The notes under the pieces were generated by a model. It did not search any database, was not told the origin of the DNA, and saw only the letters and a list, made by a program, of their open reading frames with translations. Position numbers and translations under genes: made by a program. A stretch of 63,576 bases of DNA, the filler included, from Collodictyon triciliatum (taxonomy: Eukaryota): NCBI GenBank assembly GCA_043381765.1. It is 7 parts of 6 records of this genome, joined end to end, with 100 filler letters (N's around TTAATTAATTAA, not from the genome) between each part and the next. Parts side by side here need not be neighbours in the genome. Positions count along the whole stretch, not along the records: positions 1 to 13,045 come from JBHJMP010002066.1; 6 more parts are not named here. One strand, 5' to 3'. Shown piece after piece: positions 1 to 13,145 of the stretch; within the stretch, counting starts at the first letter, position 1, and each line of letters begins with the position of its first letter.

Positions 1-786
1 CGCCGCAGACACCCTACAAAAAGTCAAAACATCAACGGTGGGGAGAAACACTGGGCATCACCCACACCCCGCTCACCGCGAGCTGGAGACAAGCACGAAC
101 CCCGCAAGTCCTTCCAAATAACCGCTCTCAAATGCTTAATATCACCAATAGGGAGCTATGGATTGGCATACGTGCGGCAAAAGCTGACAAAGTCTCCCAA
201 CAATGCACACTTTGCAGCAACGGTGATGAATCCGTTGAGCACACATTTGTACAATGTCCCTTCGCTCAAAACCTGCGCAAAACAGCCGGTGAGATTCTTC
301 GACTGACACTCAAGACGGCTGCGGCTGTTAGCCTAATCCAGGCGATATTTGGGCCTCTGAAATAGCTGCGTCGAGATGCAAAAACATTCTGGGCGGTGAC
401 GCGAGGCCTTTTGCTATGGACTATGTGGATAGCGCGCATATACTCACGCAAAGCAAGACTCAACAACCATCCACCCATTCCTGATAACAGGCTGGATGAC
501 ATCATACAAATCTCTTTTCTCAAAAGCTTCTTCGCCACCTGCACGTTCTCTACTACTCCGACCCCGTGAGAAGAGACATGTGGAAAGAAGCCGAGAAAGA
601 TATTAAACCTCGCCTTGTCTCTCTCATGCAAGCACAAGACCCAGGCTACAGGCCAAAGCGCAGGATGCAATTCCTGATTACCGTTCATTTCTCCGCCACT
701 CGGCCACCAAGTAGCGTCTATGCAAACGATGGCTATGTTATCAAAGCCAAACCCTACCATCTCGCACGAATAGAAAGGAAAAATAA
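1..786 (+). mobile_element. 3' end of a non-LTR retrotransposon (L1/Tx1-like ORF2 C-terminus with zf-RVT), decayed copy 1
   Basis: Frame 3 reads ...CTLCSNGDESVEHTFVQCPFAQ (CxxC..HxxxxC zf-RVT motif) and then LLWTMWIAR. It has an in-frame TAG at 363-365 and a 1-nt deletion near 528. Positions 316-786 are homologous to 51902-52375. The 5' part lies outside the window. Confidence 0.8.
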
Positions 787-939
787 GAATGTTGATTTAC
801 AGGAATTTTATAATTTGAAGTTTTAATGTTAGATTCCTTTGCACTAGTAGTACAGTTTCTGAAAAAAAAAGGTGCGCAAGTATAGAAATGATCTCTTTTA
901 TTATAGGGATGGACGGATATCGGATGCCATTCATCTTTC

Positions 940-3900
940 TCACATAGATAAAAGCTCATCCTCAATTTTTGAAAAGGAGGGCCTTTTCGCTGGATTTTCA
1001 TTCCAGCAGTCTTTGATCAATTTCGATAGCAAGGGATGAATGTCTGGTGGAATTGCTGGCCTGATTCCACTTATCACCTCCAGAGCTAGTTTATATGGGT
1101 CAATACTATCATATGGCTTCTTTCTAGAACAAACTTCCCAAGACAATATAGAGAAGCTGTAAACATCAGCAGATTCGTCATATCTTAGCCCTTTAAGAAC
1201 CTAATCATTTTTCTAATTAATTGCTGCGGTAAAAATCTTCTATTCTCATTACAGGCAAAGCATCTAAGAACTTCAACCTCTGGAGCAATCCAGGCTTTTG
1301 TTCCACACTTTGTCATCGTTTGGTTATTGACTTTTACTCTTGCTAAACCAAAATCCGCTATTTTTGTGACTATAGGATCATCGCTGAAGACCTGTAAAAT
1401 GATTAAGATCGGATTTAGATTTTTCATCTGTAATTTTTATGTTATAATGATTTTTCGTTTGCGGAGATAGTGTATAAAACTACCAGGACGTTGTCACTTT
1501 TCAAGTCTCTGTGGTAAACCGGCACCTCACGTGAATGCAAATAATGCATGGCGCTCGACACATTAAGAAGAATTTTTTTTTGCTTTTCGAAGTTCATTAT
1601 GTTCTAATGCCAAATATCAGTAGAAATTTTTAGAAACACGCGTCTAGGAAAACAGAGTTGAAATTTTATATTTTACAAATAAAAAACGTAAAATGTTTTA
1701 TCGCTTTGTTCTCTAGATACTTTGATAGGCTTCCAAATGGCGCATACTCAAGGACAATACAAAGGTTTGGCTGCTCCAGACATACGCCATAGAAATGGAT
1801 TATATTTTCATGCCGAAGGTCCCTAGAGACATGAACAGTTTAATGGTAAAGAAATCATACTCAACTTATGTATATTAAATTTAAGTGTCCTGGGTAAAAA
1901 TGTGGCACTGTTACTCTATATTTCTTACTTAATGGTCATGACTTCAGCCATCAAAGAGAAAAATTGCTTTTCTGGCATTTTTTGTCTTATGAATCTCTTC
2001 ACAGCAACTTGTTTATCCGCCACGCTTCCTAGATAAACAGTACCATAGGACCCAGTGCCTAGCTCTTTGGTAGTAATTTTGATATCTTCGAATTTTAATT
2101 GGAACGATTCCTACAGATAAATTAAGTGAGATTAATTTTTGTGCCTATCAAATTTCTTTGAAACTCAAAAAAGCCTGTCAATGCTATTGGTTCATTTGTG
2201 TCATTCTGTGAATTTGGGTTATCATATCTTGATGGATTTTAATTTTAAAAAGGCTTATGGTTCAATACATGTTCAGAGGTACTAGCATCCGATTCTTTAT
2301 AGTCGTTAGTAATTGAGGGTAATTGTTTTACATCCTCAGCAAAGTATTGAACCCTCTCACGTAAAAGCTCAGATGTGATCTATTTAAGGGTTATTTTCAA
2401 ACAGTCAGCGAAGTGTGTGATTTATCAATATAGTGTCTCAATTATTTTTAAAGATTTTAAATAGATGCTGGGTGTTCAACAGCGACGGACGGCAGATTTT
2501 TTTTTGTTTATTTTTATCGGTCTATTGATACCATTTAATAATAGGGAACAATTAAACCTCATATAAATGTTCCGGATGCTCCAGCCCTTTCATTTCATGA
2601 AATCCAAGGTCTCTTACGGTCACGTTGCCCAAAGTTTTCAATTCATTGAAGATTTCCTTTGATGGGTATGGATTTACGTATGGAGATGCAACGAATTATA
2701 GTATGCGGTGGACTTTTCCACCTGATGGGCGATTTTCACCTTTCCTTCAATTATAATTGACGTACATTATAAACATCCTCGCCAATAACAACTTGTCCAC
2801 CCTTTGGGAATGATCCTATTCTTGCGGCAGTGTTCACGACTGGTCCGTAGTAGTCCATTCTTCCAGTCACAGGGTCTTCTCTGCACAAAGGTGAGCCCGT
2901 ATGTATTCCCTATTGTTACACGTTTCCAATCAATAAGACACTATTTAAAGACCTAAAGCACTCAATACCAGTACACTGGAAAAATCATCTAAATGAATAA
3001 AAACTAATATTTCTCATTCCTTTTTTCAATTTTGTGCTATAAGATGGGAAAATGGATAAAAACATACCATTCTTACTCTTATTCCTCTAAATAGCAATCC
3101 TTTTGCATTTTTCACAACAGTTGTTGAGGCATGATTCAGGATATTTAACGGCCATTCTACCAATAGAAGCATTTCTTGAGCCTGTAGCGAAAATCTAACA
3201 GCATCCATAACTGATTTGAAGGCTATCATGAATGCATCTCCTTCGGTTTTTACCTCATAACCCTGGTTTTGTTAAAAAAAATTTTAATTGCTGGAGTTAT
3301 AGGAATAAGCCGATAATTAAACATTTTGCATGATTTTCTTACCTTGTTTATTCTAATAGCATCTCTCATCGTATCGTTATGCATATTTAAGACTTCAATC
3401 ATGTCATCGGGGAATTTTCCCCATAGGGAAGTTGAACTTTGTATATCTGTAAATATTAGAGCAATCTTTCCTGTTGGGGCCAATTCTTTAGGCTTCCCAC
3501 TCATTCTTGTATTAAATAATGAACCAGAGCTGAAAGAAGCAGACCCGGATTCCCTTTTCTTTAATGCTGAATGAGCTGTAATCTCACTAAATGTAGGTCT
3601 AGACTGTGGGTTTTGGTCCCAACAAATTTCCGCAAGAGATTTCAATTCAGGAAAGTTTCCGTACTCTGGTAGGAATGATGGTCTCAATATCCCTTCTTGA
3701 ACTCTGAATATCACTGATTCAGCCAGTTCACCCTAATTTTCGATAAGGTGTTTTTTTTTATAAAAAAAACATAAAAATATTTGAAAATTGAATCAAATCA
3801 TTATAATTAAAAAACCGGATATGGTTCCTGTCTGCTTATAGTTTCCCATATAATGACGCCAAAACTATAGACGTCAGATTTAATGGTATATTCTTCTCCT

Positions 3901-5195
3901 CTGATGACTTCTGGTGCCATCCAAAGAAGTGTTCCAGGAGGGACTGAGTCTTTCTTAAGATTTGTTTGCACTCCACTTAATCCAAAGTCACTGATAATAG
4001 AAATATGATTACTTGTACCACGAAGTATAACCTATTGTCTTAGTATCGAGTAAATACTTTGATAAATTTTTTGTTGTATATACATTTTCAGAAATACTAA
4101 TTAAACAATTATATTGTGCCTTGACTTAGGTCAGTTTTTTTTATTTTTTCTTAATATACCTTATTTTGCAATTAAATTTTTCATCCAGCTATAATGTATT
4201 ATCAATTGGTTAATATTTAGCTAATAGTCATAAACTATATCATAATTATGGTAGTNNNNNNNNNNNNNNNNNNNNNNNNNNNNNNNNNNNNNNNNNNNNN
4301 NNNNNNNNNNNNNNNNNNNNNNNNNNNNNNNNNNNNNNNNNNNNNNNNNNNNNNNNNNNNNNNNNNNNNNNNNNNNNNNNNNNNNNNNNNNNNNNNNNNN
4401 NNNNNNNNNNNNNNNNNNNNNNNNNNNNNNNNNNNNNNNNNNNNNNNNNNNNNNNNNNNNNNNNNNNNNNNNNNNNNNNNNNNNNNNNNNNNNNNNNNNN
4501 NNNNNNNNNNNNNNNNNNNNNNNNNNNNNNNNNNNNNNNNNNNNNNNNNNNNNNNNNNNNNNNNNNNNNNNNNNNNNNNNNNNNNNNNNNNNNNNNNNNN
4601 NNNNNNNNNNNNNNNNNNNNNNNNNNNNNNNNNNNNNNNNNNNNNNNNNNNNNNNNNNNNNNNNNNNNNNNNNNNNNNNNNNNNNNNNNNNNNNNNNNNN
4701 NNNNNNNNNNNNNNNNNNNNNNNNNNNNNNNNNNNNNNNNNNNNNNNNNNNNNNNNNNNNNNNNNNNNNNNNNNNNNNNNNNNNNNNNNNNNNNNNNNNN
4801 NNNNNNNNNNNNNNNNNNNNNNNNNNNNNNNNNNNNNNNNNNNNNNNNNNNNNNNNNNNNNNNNNNNNNNNNNNNNNNNNNNNNNNNNNNNNNNNNNNNN
4901 NNNNNNNNNNNNNNNNNNNNNNNNNNNNNNNNNNNNNNNNNNNNNNNNNNNNNNNNNNNNNNNNNNNNNNNNNNNNNNNNNNNNNNNNNNNNNNNNNNNN
5001 NNNNNNNNNNNNNNNNNNNNNNNNNNNNNNNNNNNNNNNNNNNNNNNNNNNNNNNNNNNNNNNNNNNNNNNNNNNNNNNNNNNNNNNNNNNNNNNNNNNN
5101 NNNNNNNNNNNNNNNNNNNNNNNNNNNNNNNNNNNNNNNNNNNNNNNNNNNNNNNNNNNNNNNNNNNNNNNNNNNNNNNNNNNNNNNNNNNNNNN

Positions 5196-5244
<49 letters not shown>

Positions 5245-6890
5245 TAACAATAACAATAACAATAAAATACTAAAAAAAATATAATATTATTATTAATCAT
5301 TGTAAATTAAAACTCGATGAAATAAAGTGAATCTGATGGTCTCGTACACCATAACGCTGACTTCGGTTTCAAATTCTTTGATTATTTCTTTGGTAATATT
5401 CTTGGCCAGCAGCTTTTTTATAGCAACGTCGGTTCCTCTCCAAGTACCTCTGTATACCTTTAGTTTTGATCGATAAATTTCGTCAAAAACATGAAAAATC
5501 AATGAGTTTAATAGTTTACCACACAAAACAAATGAAATATGTTCTACTATTATTGAATGTATTGTATAGACTGAATAGAGTACTTCACCAAAACCGCCTG
5601 ATCCAAGCAATTTTCCATAAATCAATTCATCATGACCAATGATACCGTACAATTTTTTTCTGTTTCTTTGATTTTTTTCATTACATTCCTTCGGTAAATA
5701 TAAAAAAATGTTGCCATTATCAATATAATGCCCCCAGTAGATCCACCAATGACAGGAAAGTAAGAAAATTCACTTTTTTTCTTATCTATTTTGGAACATT
5801 AGTCGAAATGAATAATCTTTCTGTCCCAATTAAATGCTCAAATAATTTATACAATACTTGGATACCAATGAATTATCGTACCTTCTAGACACATTTCCTT
5901 TTTTCATTAATTTTAATTAATATGTAAATCTTATTCTCCTTGAAAATATTTTACACAGGTATTTGAATAAGTTTACCTTTTTTATTACATAGTCCTTTCT
6001 GCATGCGCATTCTTGTAATATGGCATCCATATACCCATTTTCTGGACATTCTGATATTTTTATATGCAAAAATATGTCGTTCGTTATGTTTATGATTCAA
6101 GTATATAAATGAAGACAAAAAATTCGCGCTATTACACATATACAAAAAGTTTTACAACCTTTAATTTAAAGCTCACTTGCATGAATGGCGGTAAACTCAT
6201 TACAATGAAGCATGGCTGGTCGGTTGTATTATTTTCATATTTAAAGCTCATAAATTCAATCTTAAATCCAGATTTTGATTGGTAGATTGTGGATCCATTT
6301 ACTGAATTTTCCGAAAAAAAATCGACAGCTTCTAGAGTTTGAATCGATCCGAAGAGAGGAGATACTTTAATCCTGCATCATAAATTGTGGCATTAACTAT
6401 TGTTGCTTTATATTGCATCATTTTAATACATCTAAACAATTAGTTTACTGTTATTCCTATAGAAAGAAAATTATTTGAATTTCACTTGTCTTTAGATCGT
6501 ATGCTCATCCTTAAAACTAGGTGAGTGGCATTTTGTAAAACCCAAGAGCAGTTTGAATTTTCAAAATAAAAAGCTTCTTTACTTCCATCATCCAGAAATG
6601 ATGTTGCAAATGAACTGCTCACAAATTGTGCATCAGGAGAGCAGAAACCTTATGAAAGTTTCGGTAAGTTTAAAGTTCTTCCTTCAGGCGGTGCCACATA
6701 GTTAACACATTAATTTATTTTCATTTGTACCTGGTCTGTAACCAACTATTTGATTAGTTGTCGAATATCCATTTGTGCCCCCAAAATTCACAAAAATACC
6801 ATTCATGAATGCACCTTCCTGGCCTATAATTGATTCGTATCCCTTGACTTCATTCTGTTTGTGAAGTTTCCCTTGTTTTCCGAATTCTAT
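940..6890 (-). CDS. Single-pass receptor: ectodomain (CUB-like/Cys-rich) - TM - TKL kinase - class III nucleotide cyclase - TKL kinase; spliced; 5' end beyond the N gap (further exon-like segments near 8450-8910)
   Basis: [24 protein letters not shown] (about 5695-5765). Kinase 1: [33 protein letters not shown]. Cyclase: [37 protein letters not shown]. Kinase 2: [46 protein letters not shown]. Stop at 940. Confidence 0.9.
5196..5243. repeat. (TAG)n microsatellite flanking an assembly gap
   Basis: Seen directly; lies in an intron of the kinase gene. Confidence 0.95.
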
Positions 6891-9800
6891 AGGAAACAGA
6901 TTTGGTCGATAACTTGATGTTCAAAATCTTTGGATCTAATAGAAGAAAAAACTATAATTTTGAANNNNNNNNNNNNNNNNNNNNNNNNNNNNNNNNNNNN
7001 NNNNNNNNNNNNNNNNNNNNNNNNNNNNNNNNNNNNNNNNNNNNNNNNNNNNNNNNNNNNNNNNNNNNNNNNNNNNNNNNNNNNNNNNNNNNNNNNNNNN
7101 NNNNNNNNNNNNNNNNNNNNNNNNNNNNNNNNNNNNNNNNNNNNNNNNNNNNNNNNNNNNNNNNNNNNNNNNNNNNNNNNNNNNNNNNNNNNNNNNNNNN
7201 NNNNNNNNNNNNNNNNNNNNNNNNNNNNNNNNNNNNNNNNNNNNNNNNNNNNNNNNNNNNNNNNNNNNNNNNNNNNNNNNNNNNNNNNNNNNNNNNNNNN
7301 NNNNNNNNNNNNNNNNNNNNNNNNNNNNNNNNNNNNNNNNNNNNNNNNNNNNNNNNNNNNNNNNNNNNNNNNNNNNNNNNNNNNNNNNNNNNNNNNNNNN
7401 NNNNNNNNNNNNNNNNNNNNNNNNNNNNNNNNNNNNNNNNNNNNNNNNNNNNNNNNNNNNNNNNNNNNNNNNNNNNNNNNNNNNNNNNNNNNNNNNNNNN
7501 NNNNNNNNNNNNNNNNNNNNNNNNNNNNNNNNNNNNNNNNNNNNNNNNNNNNNNNNNNNNNNNNNNNNNNNNNNNNNNNNNNNNNNNNNNNNNNNNNNNN
7601 NNNNNNNNNNNNNNNNNNNNNNNNNNNNNNNNNNNNNNNNNNNNNNNNNNNNNNNNNNNNNNNNNNNNNNNNNNNNNNNNNNNNNNNNNNNNNNNNNNNN
7701 NNNNNNNNNNNNNNNNNNNNNNNNNNNNNNNNNNNNNNNNNNNNNNNNNNNNNNNNNNNNNAAGGCCGGTAAGTCCGGGTGATTCTATTTTTTTATTTTT
7801 TGAGGAGAGGAAGAGACGGGGAAAAGAGGTGTTGTGTGCATGGGCGGCTGAGGTGTTATTATAGGGAATAGCCAGTAAATGGGTGTGGTGTTACTTTTTA
7901 TTGAAAACAGAGGGTCTGTGAAGATTGGCATGGGTTTGATTGTCCAGACGGGGTTTGATGAGATGGCAGCGAAGAAGCGCAGCATATCGAAGAAGGTGAT
8001 GAAGCGAAAGTAAGGAAGCAAAGGTAAAGAAGCAAAGGTGATGAAGCAAGAGACACGGGTGCATGGTATGGAAGGCAGATGGGAACAATGCGATAAAGTG
8101 CAAATATATGGCAATTGGCGTGCTGATTGATGTAGATTAATGAGAATATGTGCAGATTGATGTGGATAGAATAGAAATGATGAGAAACTCTTAGAATTAT
8201 GCAAATAAATGTGAATTGATTTGATTTGGTGGGAAATGGCTCGTATTGATATGAGTAACGCTGTGCAAGAAAATATACAGTATATGCATAAAAAATTAAA
8301 ATCGCAGATAATAAATTAATAGTATGACATATCATCTATGATTGATACTGAATTTTTTAATTTTCATGTTACTTTTTGTTGCATCAAGAATGTTTATTTA
8401 TGTTCATAGCGTATACGGTTGATTATATTATTCGGAATCCTAGGAAGTAAATTACAACGACGCTGATATATTTTTATTGAATAAGTTGGCCTCAAGACCT
8501 TTAATGCTAATGGATTTGTAGAATCTCATATGTTAAAAGAAATACTAGACCCGTGTGATTTATTTTTATATTATTTTAAAGCAAGTCTTACGCGCAACTG
8601 TTATTGTTCAATGAAATCTGGCCATGAATGATGTTGAAGTCTAGAATCTAGGTTATTGTAACAATATATGTGATGAGATTATTACTGATACTTACTAGGC
8701 GCAAAGGAGGGAATCTTAAATTCAGTTCTTGCTCCGACCTGACATGTAGCCCAATCCAACTTGTGTCAATACTTTGTAGCGAAGGCACAACTGTATTATT
8801 GAACTGTAGAAGAAAAGGTAATGCATCAAATACAAAACCTCCGTCATTTTGGACAAATTGAGAGGAAGAAGAAAAAGAAAAAAGGTAATAGAAAGGAAAC
8901 TTTGCTAAATCGAAATAAAGTACAAAATGGCTATGCAGATGTTATTTATTAAAATATATCGAACTTTAGGATAGTGTGGGTGGGTTAAATATAGGGATGC
9001 GCTAACGATAAATTGACAACAACAAAAAAATAATTAATTATCGATGAGTTTTATGTTCAACTTTATGTAACCAGTTCATTTTTTGTATGGCATAACCTCG
9101 CTGCACTTTGAATCGAATAAAGGAAAAAAATTTAAGCAGTTCATCTATTATCATCATTATCATTATTGCTATGATTTGTGTGTATCAGCAACACCATCAT
9201 TAATGCGGAAATATTGTGATTTTTTTATAAAAATCGTCCTTGGGCTTCATTATGATTGTTGGCTCTTGAAGACCGCGATTACGGTCGCAGTTTGCAGTGG
9301 CTTACTGATATCTCAAAATCTTATTTTGCATCATTTGTGAATGACTTACTAAGGAGAGTCGAATAGTTGAGTAAATCAAGTGTCCCATTATTATTTGAGA
9401 CGAAATGAATATAATATAAAAAGAATGTATTCATGGTTCGTGAAATATATTATTTGTAAAATTCATGTCTAGCATACGATTATGTTAAAAAAATCCAGTA
9501 TGATGAAAGCGAATAACTATTTTTTGTGCCGGGAATATGGTTTATACTGCGCTATCTATTACATATTGGTCTTTGTGATTGATGGCTTACAGAAAAATGA
9601 TTAGGCAAATTTTACTAGAAAGAAACTATTTATGAATTTATTTTTAATTGAAACTTAGTTATCTTTGATATATTTGTTTACTTTTTAAAGGGTTGAGTTT
9701 GATTATTTGGTACATAGTTTATTTATTTCAAAGCATGAGAGTGATACAGTTTTATCACCAATGGTGACAATAACACAATTTAAAATAGTTTTACAAATAT

Positions 9801-11612
9801 CCTTTGGACACACGTTAAACTTATGAGCAGGTTTTTTTGGCATGCTTAAAATACTTTCGAGAGTTTTTTCTTCCTTCATATAGCATTAAGTTGATAGATT
9901 AGGGTTTATACGTATTTGCAGTGTGGATATATTTTGGTGAATTTTTTAATTGTAGTATTTGGCCCAAATATATGTGTATGCTTGAGTGAGTATGGCTTGA
10001 TAGTATTATGATGGCAAGGTAATATCTTATTGCTATTAAGAATGGGCATTTTATGTTAAGTTATCGAAAATATACTATAATTTTTTATGTCTATGTTAAA
10101 ATGTTCCATGTTTTTTATGTTTTTTTACTTGAAAACATAATTTGGTATTTTTGTCTTGTTTATCTGTCGATTAATTTGTGTTTCATCATAGTATTTATTT
10201 GTTTAATTATTGATGTATGATTAAAAGGTTAAAAATAACTTGGTTTGCTAGACATATTTTTGGTCTTGAGTCAATTTATTTTCCATTGGCCATATTCTAA
10301 TTACATACCCGTAACATAACGAATACGTATTGATACTTGAATGATGATGCACATGATTAAACTTTAAGAAAGATTTGTTATTGCCTAAGGCATAAAAGGT
10401 AGTCTTACACTTAAGTCGACTATACTGAATGTGAAAATAGAAGTCGTGTACAGTGCTGCTTGAAAATACCGAACTATTTGGCGAAAATATACTTACCCCA
10501 GGTTACCAACCTCAATTTATTTGAACTTGATTATGAGAAGTCGTGCTTAAATAATTCCATATTTTAAAAAAGTGTCGTAGAATAACATTTTTAGCAGATT
10601 ACAATCTTAAAATAAATAAAAATGTCTTTTTTTCACAAAATTTTATTATTAGGATATGTCAATAATTGCTCACGGACAGATGACTTGAGGTATGCTTCAC
10701 AGATAACTGTGCAGATCTGCTACATAATATGTAAGATTAGCAGTGGGTGGCAGTTTGTAACATTGCTAGTTACCGTGTATAATGCCTTCTCTGATGTTAG
10801 TTATTGATGAATGCTACAATAGTATAATTATCATTTTTGAATATAGGATGGTGATATGGTTTATAAAAGGATTTTATCGAGTTATTATGTTATGACTGAA
10901 CAACTATAAAGCCCAAATCATTACTTCAATAAAAGAATAACAAAAAGTGTAGATGAGCGAAGAAAAGTGAGAAAAATGAGAAAAAAATATATATAAATAA
11001 GGAAATAAAAGAAAACAATAAAAGCAATAAAAAACCAATAAAAACAACAAAACACTTCGCCAAATAATCAAACAACAAACAACAGCAGATCCAACAGACA
11101 ACAGCGCAGTTGGTCAAGGATACCAACAGTCTTCAAGTAAGTCGATGAATAAAATATAAGACAGAATAAAGGCACACAAAGCGAGTGCATGTAGCGTTGC
11201 ATTCCACCATCACCATGGGCGCAAGAAGAAAAAGAAAAGATTGTGTCCATGAAGCTGACATTTCGACACTTAACCAAGCGAAAAAAAATAGGAATGTGAA
11301 TGAATCAAATAAAAGCATACACCTCAGTAGCACAATGATAACCAACACATAATCATTCTTTTAGCCTGAGACACATACTCAAGGTCGATTATCAAACAAA
11401 AAGCAGATGTGTCACGTTTATCGGCAACTGCTGGAAAGTTTAGGTTTTTTTATTCTTTTCATCCAGTCTCTGCAAACAAGCTAGCAATCATCTGTATTCA
11501 TTCGGTTTGGCGTTCATCGAGATAGTACTCATGAATTCTTGTTTTTGTGGAAAAGATGGTGTGAGGATGGATGAATGGGTTGTTTAGATGGAGTGGGTAA
11601 CAGACGAGCCAC

Positions 11613-13045
11613 TTATTGGGTCAGCATCTTCTGTGCATCCACCATTTCCTTTTCTGAAAGCTTCGTATGAGGATGGTCTGCGCCATAGACACGCTCATAC
11701 ACCTTCTTGGCTTTTTGGTACATGTCCACAGCCTCTTGATATTTCTTCTGGTTCATGAGTAGGCTACCAATATTGTAGTATGAAGCGGCAACATTAGGGT
11801 GTGTCTCTCCAAACACCTTCAGCTTAATCTCCAATGATTTGTGATAGTATTCCAGAGCTTTCTCATGTCTGTCAAATAATAATTTAATGAAAGGATGAAC
11901 ATAAATACATGATCAAATAAAATATACTTTCCAAGTTTCCTATAGACGACCCCAATATTATTATATGAATTGGCAACATCAGGGTGGACTTCTCCATACA
12001 CTTTCAGTCGAATTCCCACTGATTTATGGTAGTATTCCAGAGCTTCGTCATACCTATTTAAATAGTACGTTAACGAAAGAATAAACATATATAAACAAAT
12101 AAAACATACTTTCCGAGGTCATCGTAAACGTTTCCGATTCCCATATATGACCCAGCAACATCAGGATGCACCTCTCCATATACTTTCAGTCGAATTTCCA
12201 ATGATTTGTGATAGTATTCCAGAGCTTCTTCATGTCTATTAAATAATAAGTTAATGAAATGATAAACATAAATATACAATAATAAAAGATACTTTCCAAG
12301 TTGACGATAAACAATTCCCATATTTCCATATGAGCCAGCAACATCAGGGTGTACTTCTCCAAACACTCTCAGTTTAATTTCCAATGATTTGTGATAGTAA
12401 TCCAGAGCTTTTTCATACCTGTTAAATAATAAGTTAATTAAGAATAAATATATACACATAGTCAAATAAATCATACTCTCCAAGTTGAAGATAAACATTT
12501 CCCAGAAAATTCAGATTTCTGCTATTCGAATCTATTAAAAATTAAAGAATTAGCAACACACCCTCATAAAATACAAATCAAATGACCAAACCCTCATCAA
12601 TCTCAACAGAAATGCGGTGCTCAAGAATCGGAATCAAAAAGGCATTCTCTTGAATTTGTTGAAAGTAATCAACCAACGCAGAGCCAGCAGAATTCAGTTG
12701 CTGTTGTACATATCCATTAAAATAAATTCAATATTGATACATATAATTGAGTTTTATCACCTTGGCCAACTCACGATAGACGACTTTGTGGTCATAACCG
12801 TTCTTATTCAGCACTCTCCAGCATTCATAAAACTCGAAGCGATAGTTGTCATCCAGCATACTCACAACAACCTAAAAACCACATTACAACATAGGTCACA
12901 GTAATAAAAATAAAATCCACAATTTAACCTTTTCACTCTTCATAAAGTCCACCAGTTTATCATATTCGCTCGAAATCCTCAGATTGTGGCATATTTCGGC
13001 AACAACACTCTTGTCTTCAGTGTTAGAGCTGTATTCACCCAGCAG
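11613..13045 (-). CDS. TPR-repeat protein (42-aa kinesin-light-chain/TPR_12-type repeats), spliced, 5'-truncated at the spacer
   Basis: Repeats of the type EEALEYYHKSLEIRLKVYGEVHPDVAGSYxxxGxVYxxLGK lie on 126-nt exons 12293-12418, 12110-12235 and 11928-12053. Terminal exon 11613-11868. Confidence 0.9.
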
Positions 13046-13145
13046 NNNNNNNNNNNNNNNNNNNNNNNNNNNNNNNNNNNNNNNNNNNNTTAATTAATTA
13101 ANNNNNNNNNNNNNNNNNNNNNNNNNNNNNNNNNNNNNNNNNNNN
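13046..13145. other. Artificial assembly spacer N44-TTAATTAATTAA-N44 (also at 26173-26272, 39274-39373, 52376-52475, 56556-56655, 59805-59904)
   Basis: Six identical 100-nt blocks whose 12-mer core has stops in all six frames. Genes are truncated at most of them. Confidence 0.97.

Noticed and set aside
4246-5262. Long ORFs made of X residues (also 6902-7864, 20151-20993, 27512-28523, 33358-34983)
   Set aside because: They are translations of N gaps.
11869-12476. Periodic repeat that might be a CRISPR-like array
   Set aside because: The units are coding TPR exons plus introns, with no unique spacers and no cas genes.
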